From: Naegleria gruberi
Lineage: Eukaryota
Strand: one strand, 5' to 3'
NCBI GenBank assembly: GCA_000004985.1
Contig: GG738911.1
DNA length: 64,000 nt
Part shown: piece by piece, positions 62,555 through 64,000 of the stretch
Numbering within the stretch: position 1 is the stretch's first letter
Layout of the letters: the number at the start of each line of letters is the position of its first letter
The notes under the pieces: generated by a model
What the model was told of the DNA's origin: nothing
The model's database searches: none
Seen by the model: only the letters and a program-made list of their open reading frames with translations
Translations under genes and position numbers: made by a program

Positions 62555-63305
62555 CAGTTATATGATACTCAATTTCATTATGAAAATCCACTCGAAATAA
62601 TTTTCAAAAAGTAAAAAATTCAAAAAAATGCAACCATAATTTTTAAACAAGGAAATTGCAACATTCTTCATCACGATTAAAAAGCCTCCCAATTCCTAGA
62701 ATTCTTAACGACAATCTATTAGAGTCACCAGAAGATATAATGGGCGTCTATGTGGTACTGTCTGATTGTCCATAGGGAACTTACACTATACATTGCCAGA
62801 CACGATTCTGCTGCTTGGCGATTACCACGTAAGGAACACTCTTTTACTTTTAAATTCAAAATGAATATTTAATAAAAAGAAAATGATGAAATGTTTGATT
62901 TGAATAATTGATTTTGTTGTTGAATTAATCATATGAAAACAGATAAATTTTCTAATAAGAAGGAATTAAATCAATTGGCTCTTTAATATCTTTATTCGTA
63001 ATTGGCATTTGAAAGGTTCAAAACAGTAATACAAATATATTGACAGGTAGATTTTATATAAATGATTGTTTATTGGAAAAAAGGAACTATTTTGACCAAT
63101 TTTGGACGATGTAAACTTATTTCAGAAGACATTTATTCGAAATGCCAGCAACCTTAGGTTTTGTTGTATGCACAGTTGGATTTCTAACCAATAGAGAACA
63201 TGTGTGGTGTGCATCATTAGTAATCAACATTCGAAAAATTGCCTCAACACTCAACATACAACAGATCTTTAAATTCTATTCTAAACAATTCATCCTCTCA
63301 TCAGA

Positions 63306-64000
63306 ATGTCTGCCACCAATTTCGATCCGAGAAACTACCTCATCTACTATGAACAAGCCATACAATCGAAGGATTTCATGAATGTTTTCTCAGAATATCT
63401 AAAAGAAAGGTTTGGAGATGAAATTATCAGATTCATGAGACGAGTTGAATCCTATTCGAAAGATTATCACGATTCAGATATGCATACGTTCAATCAAATC
63501 ACTTCTCCAACCTCACCAACCCTCTCTGTAAATACATCAACCATCTCCACAACCAATGTAAATACTAAACAACAACAACGAAACGAAAGACAGCTCAGAA
63601 GATCGCTTAAGCATCTTGTCCTCAAAGCAAAGGAAATTATTGACGAATTTGTAGAATTGGAATCGAATAGTGAGTTAAATCTTGGTGCAACAGTACAGAG
63701 TAAAACATTAGAAAAATGGGATTCAATACTCACTTTGTTCAATAATTATCTGAAAGATTCTGGAAGAGCTAGCGAAATGATCAGACACAGTGGAGAATCA
63801 GATACATTATCCTCAGGTTCTGGAAAGGATCTCAATAACATTCAATCTCCAGACACTTTGACAATCAGTTCTGGATCTCTGTCATCCAGCTCAACATGCA
63901 GCAGCGGCTCTGCAAGTAATAGTGGATCAGGTGGCAGTGGAAACTTTGATTCGACACCACACGACAAATCGGCGCAGGGAATGTCAATACTGACCACTAT
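63306..64000 (+). CDS. RGS-like domain protein, 5' part only (runs off the window end; no stop reached, so it is absent from the ORF track)
   Basis: The ATG at 63306 opens a frame that stays open to position 64000: MSATNFDPRNYLIYYEQAIQSKDFMNVFSEYLKERFGDEIIRFMRRVESY... resembles the start of an RGS domain, followed by an S/T/N-rich low-complexity region. Confidence 0.45.
   Translation, partial: MSATNFDPRNYLIYYEQAIQSKDFMNVFSEYLKERFGDEIIRFMRRVESYSKDYHDSDMHTFNQITSPTSPTLSVNTSTISTTNVNTKQQQRNERQLRRSLKHLVLKAKEIIDEFVELESNSELNLGATVQSKTLEKWDSILTLFNNYLKDSGRASEMIRHSGESDTLSSGSGKDLNNIQSPDTLTISSGSLSSSSTCSSGSASNSGSGGSGNFDSTPHDKSAQGMSILTT

Overview
This is AT-rich (roughly one-third GC) eukaryotic nuclear DNA from a draft assembly with two N-gaps, at 3300-3368 and 56171-56385. 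It is gene-dense and intron-poor, with short GT..AG introns of about 44-326 nt, poly-N/Q coding tracts, tenascin-type EGF repeat genes and saposin-like genes. That combination is most consistent with a dictyostelid-like social amoeba (Amoebozoa); this is an inference, not a database result. I can support about 30 protein-coding genes. Those with recognisable products are a five-domain saposin-like secreted protein, an APH/choline-kinase-fold phosphotransferase, a STE11/MEKK-like kinase with a poly-N/Q N-terminus, an F-box/LRR protein, a GT61 glycosyltransferase, an AIF/FSP1-like FAD oxidoreductase, ribosomal protein eL41 (two exons), a multi-pass membrane adenylyl cyclase with a PAS domain, a tuberin (TSC2) homologue, a Gfo/Idh/MocA oxidoreductase and a partial RGS-like gene at the window end. 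RNA features are one tRNA-Ile(AAU) and an odd inverted pair of tRNA-derived fragments. Four observations stand out. (1) A giant cell-surface receptor combines a bulb-type lectin, more than 25 EGF repeats, a mucin-like stalk, a GPS motif, 7TM helices and a C-terminal RGS domain; it carries internal tandem duplications and apparent disruptions, and a 245-bp fragment of it is copied 30 kb away beside the tRNA fragments. (2) A lineage-specific paralogue family has seven members in three clusters, including a head-to-head pair and one member with an in-frame stop. (3) A P-loop NTPase sits 52 bp upstream of an unknown gene. (4) A Lys/Cys-periodic secreted protein lies next to a 7TM receptor-like gene. 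Hand-derived coordinates may be off by 1-2 nt; ORF-track coordinates were used where available. The ORF track labels non-ATG codons (e.g. TTG, GTG) as M, so I moved several starts to the first plausible ATG.
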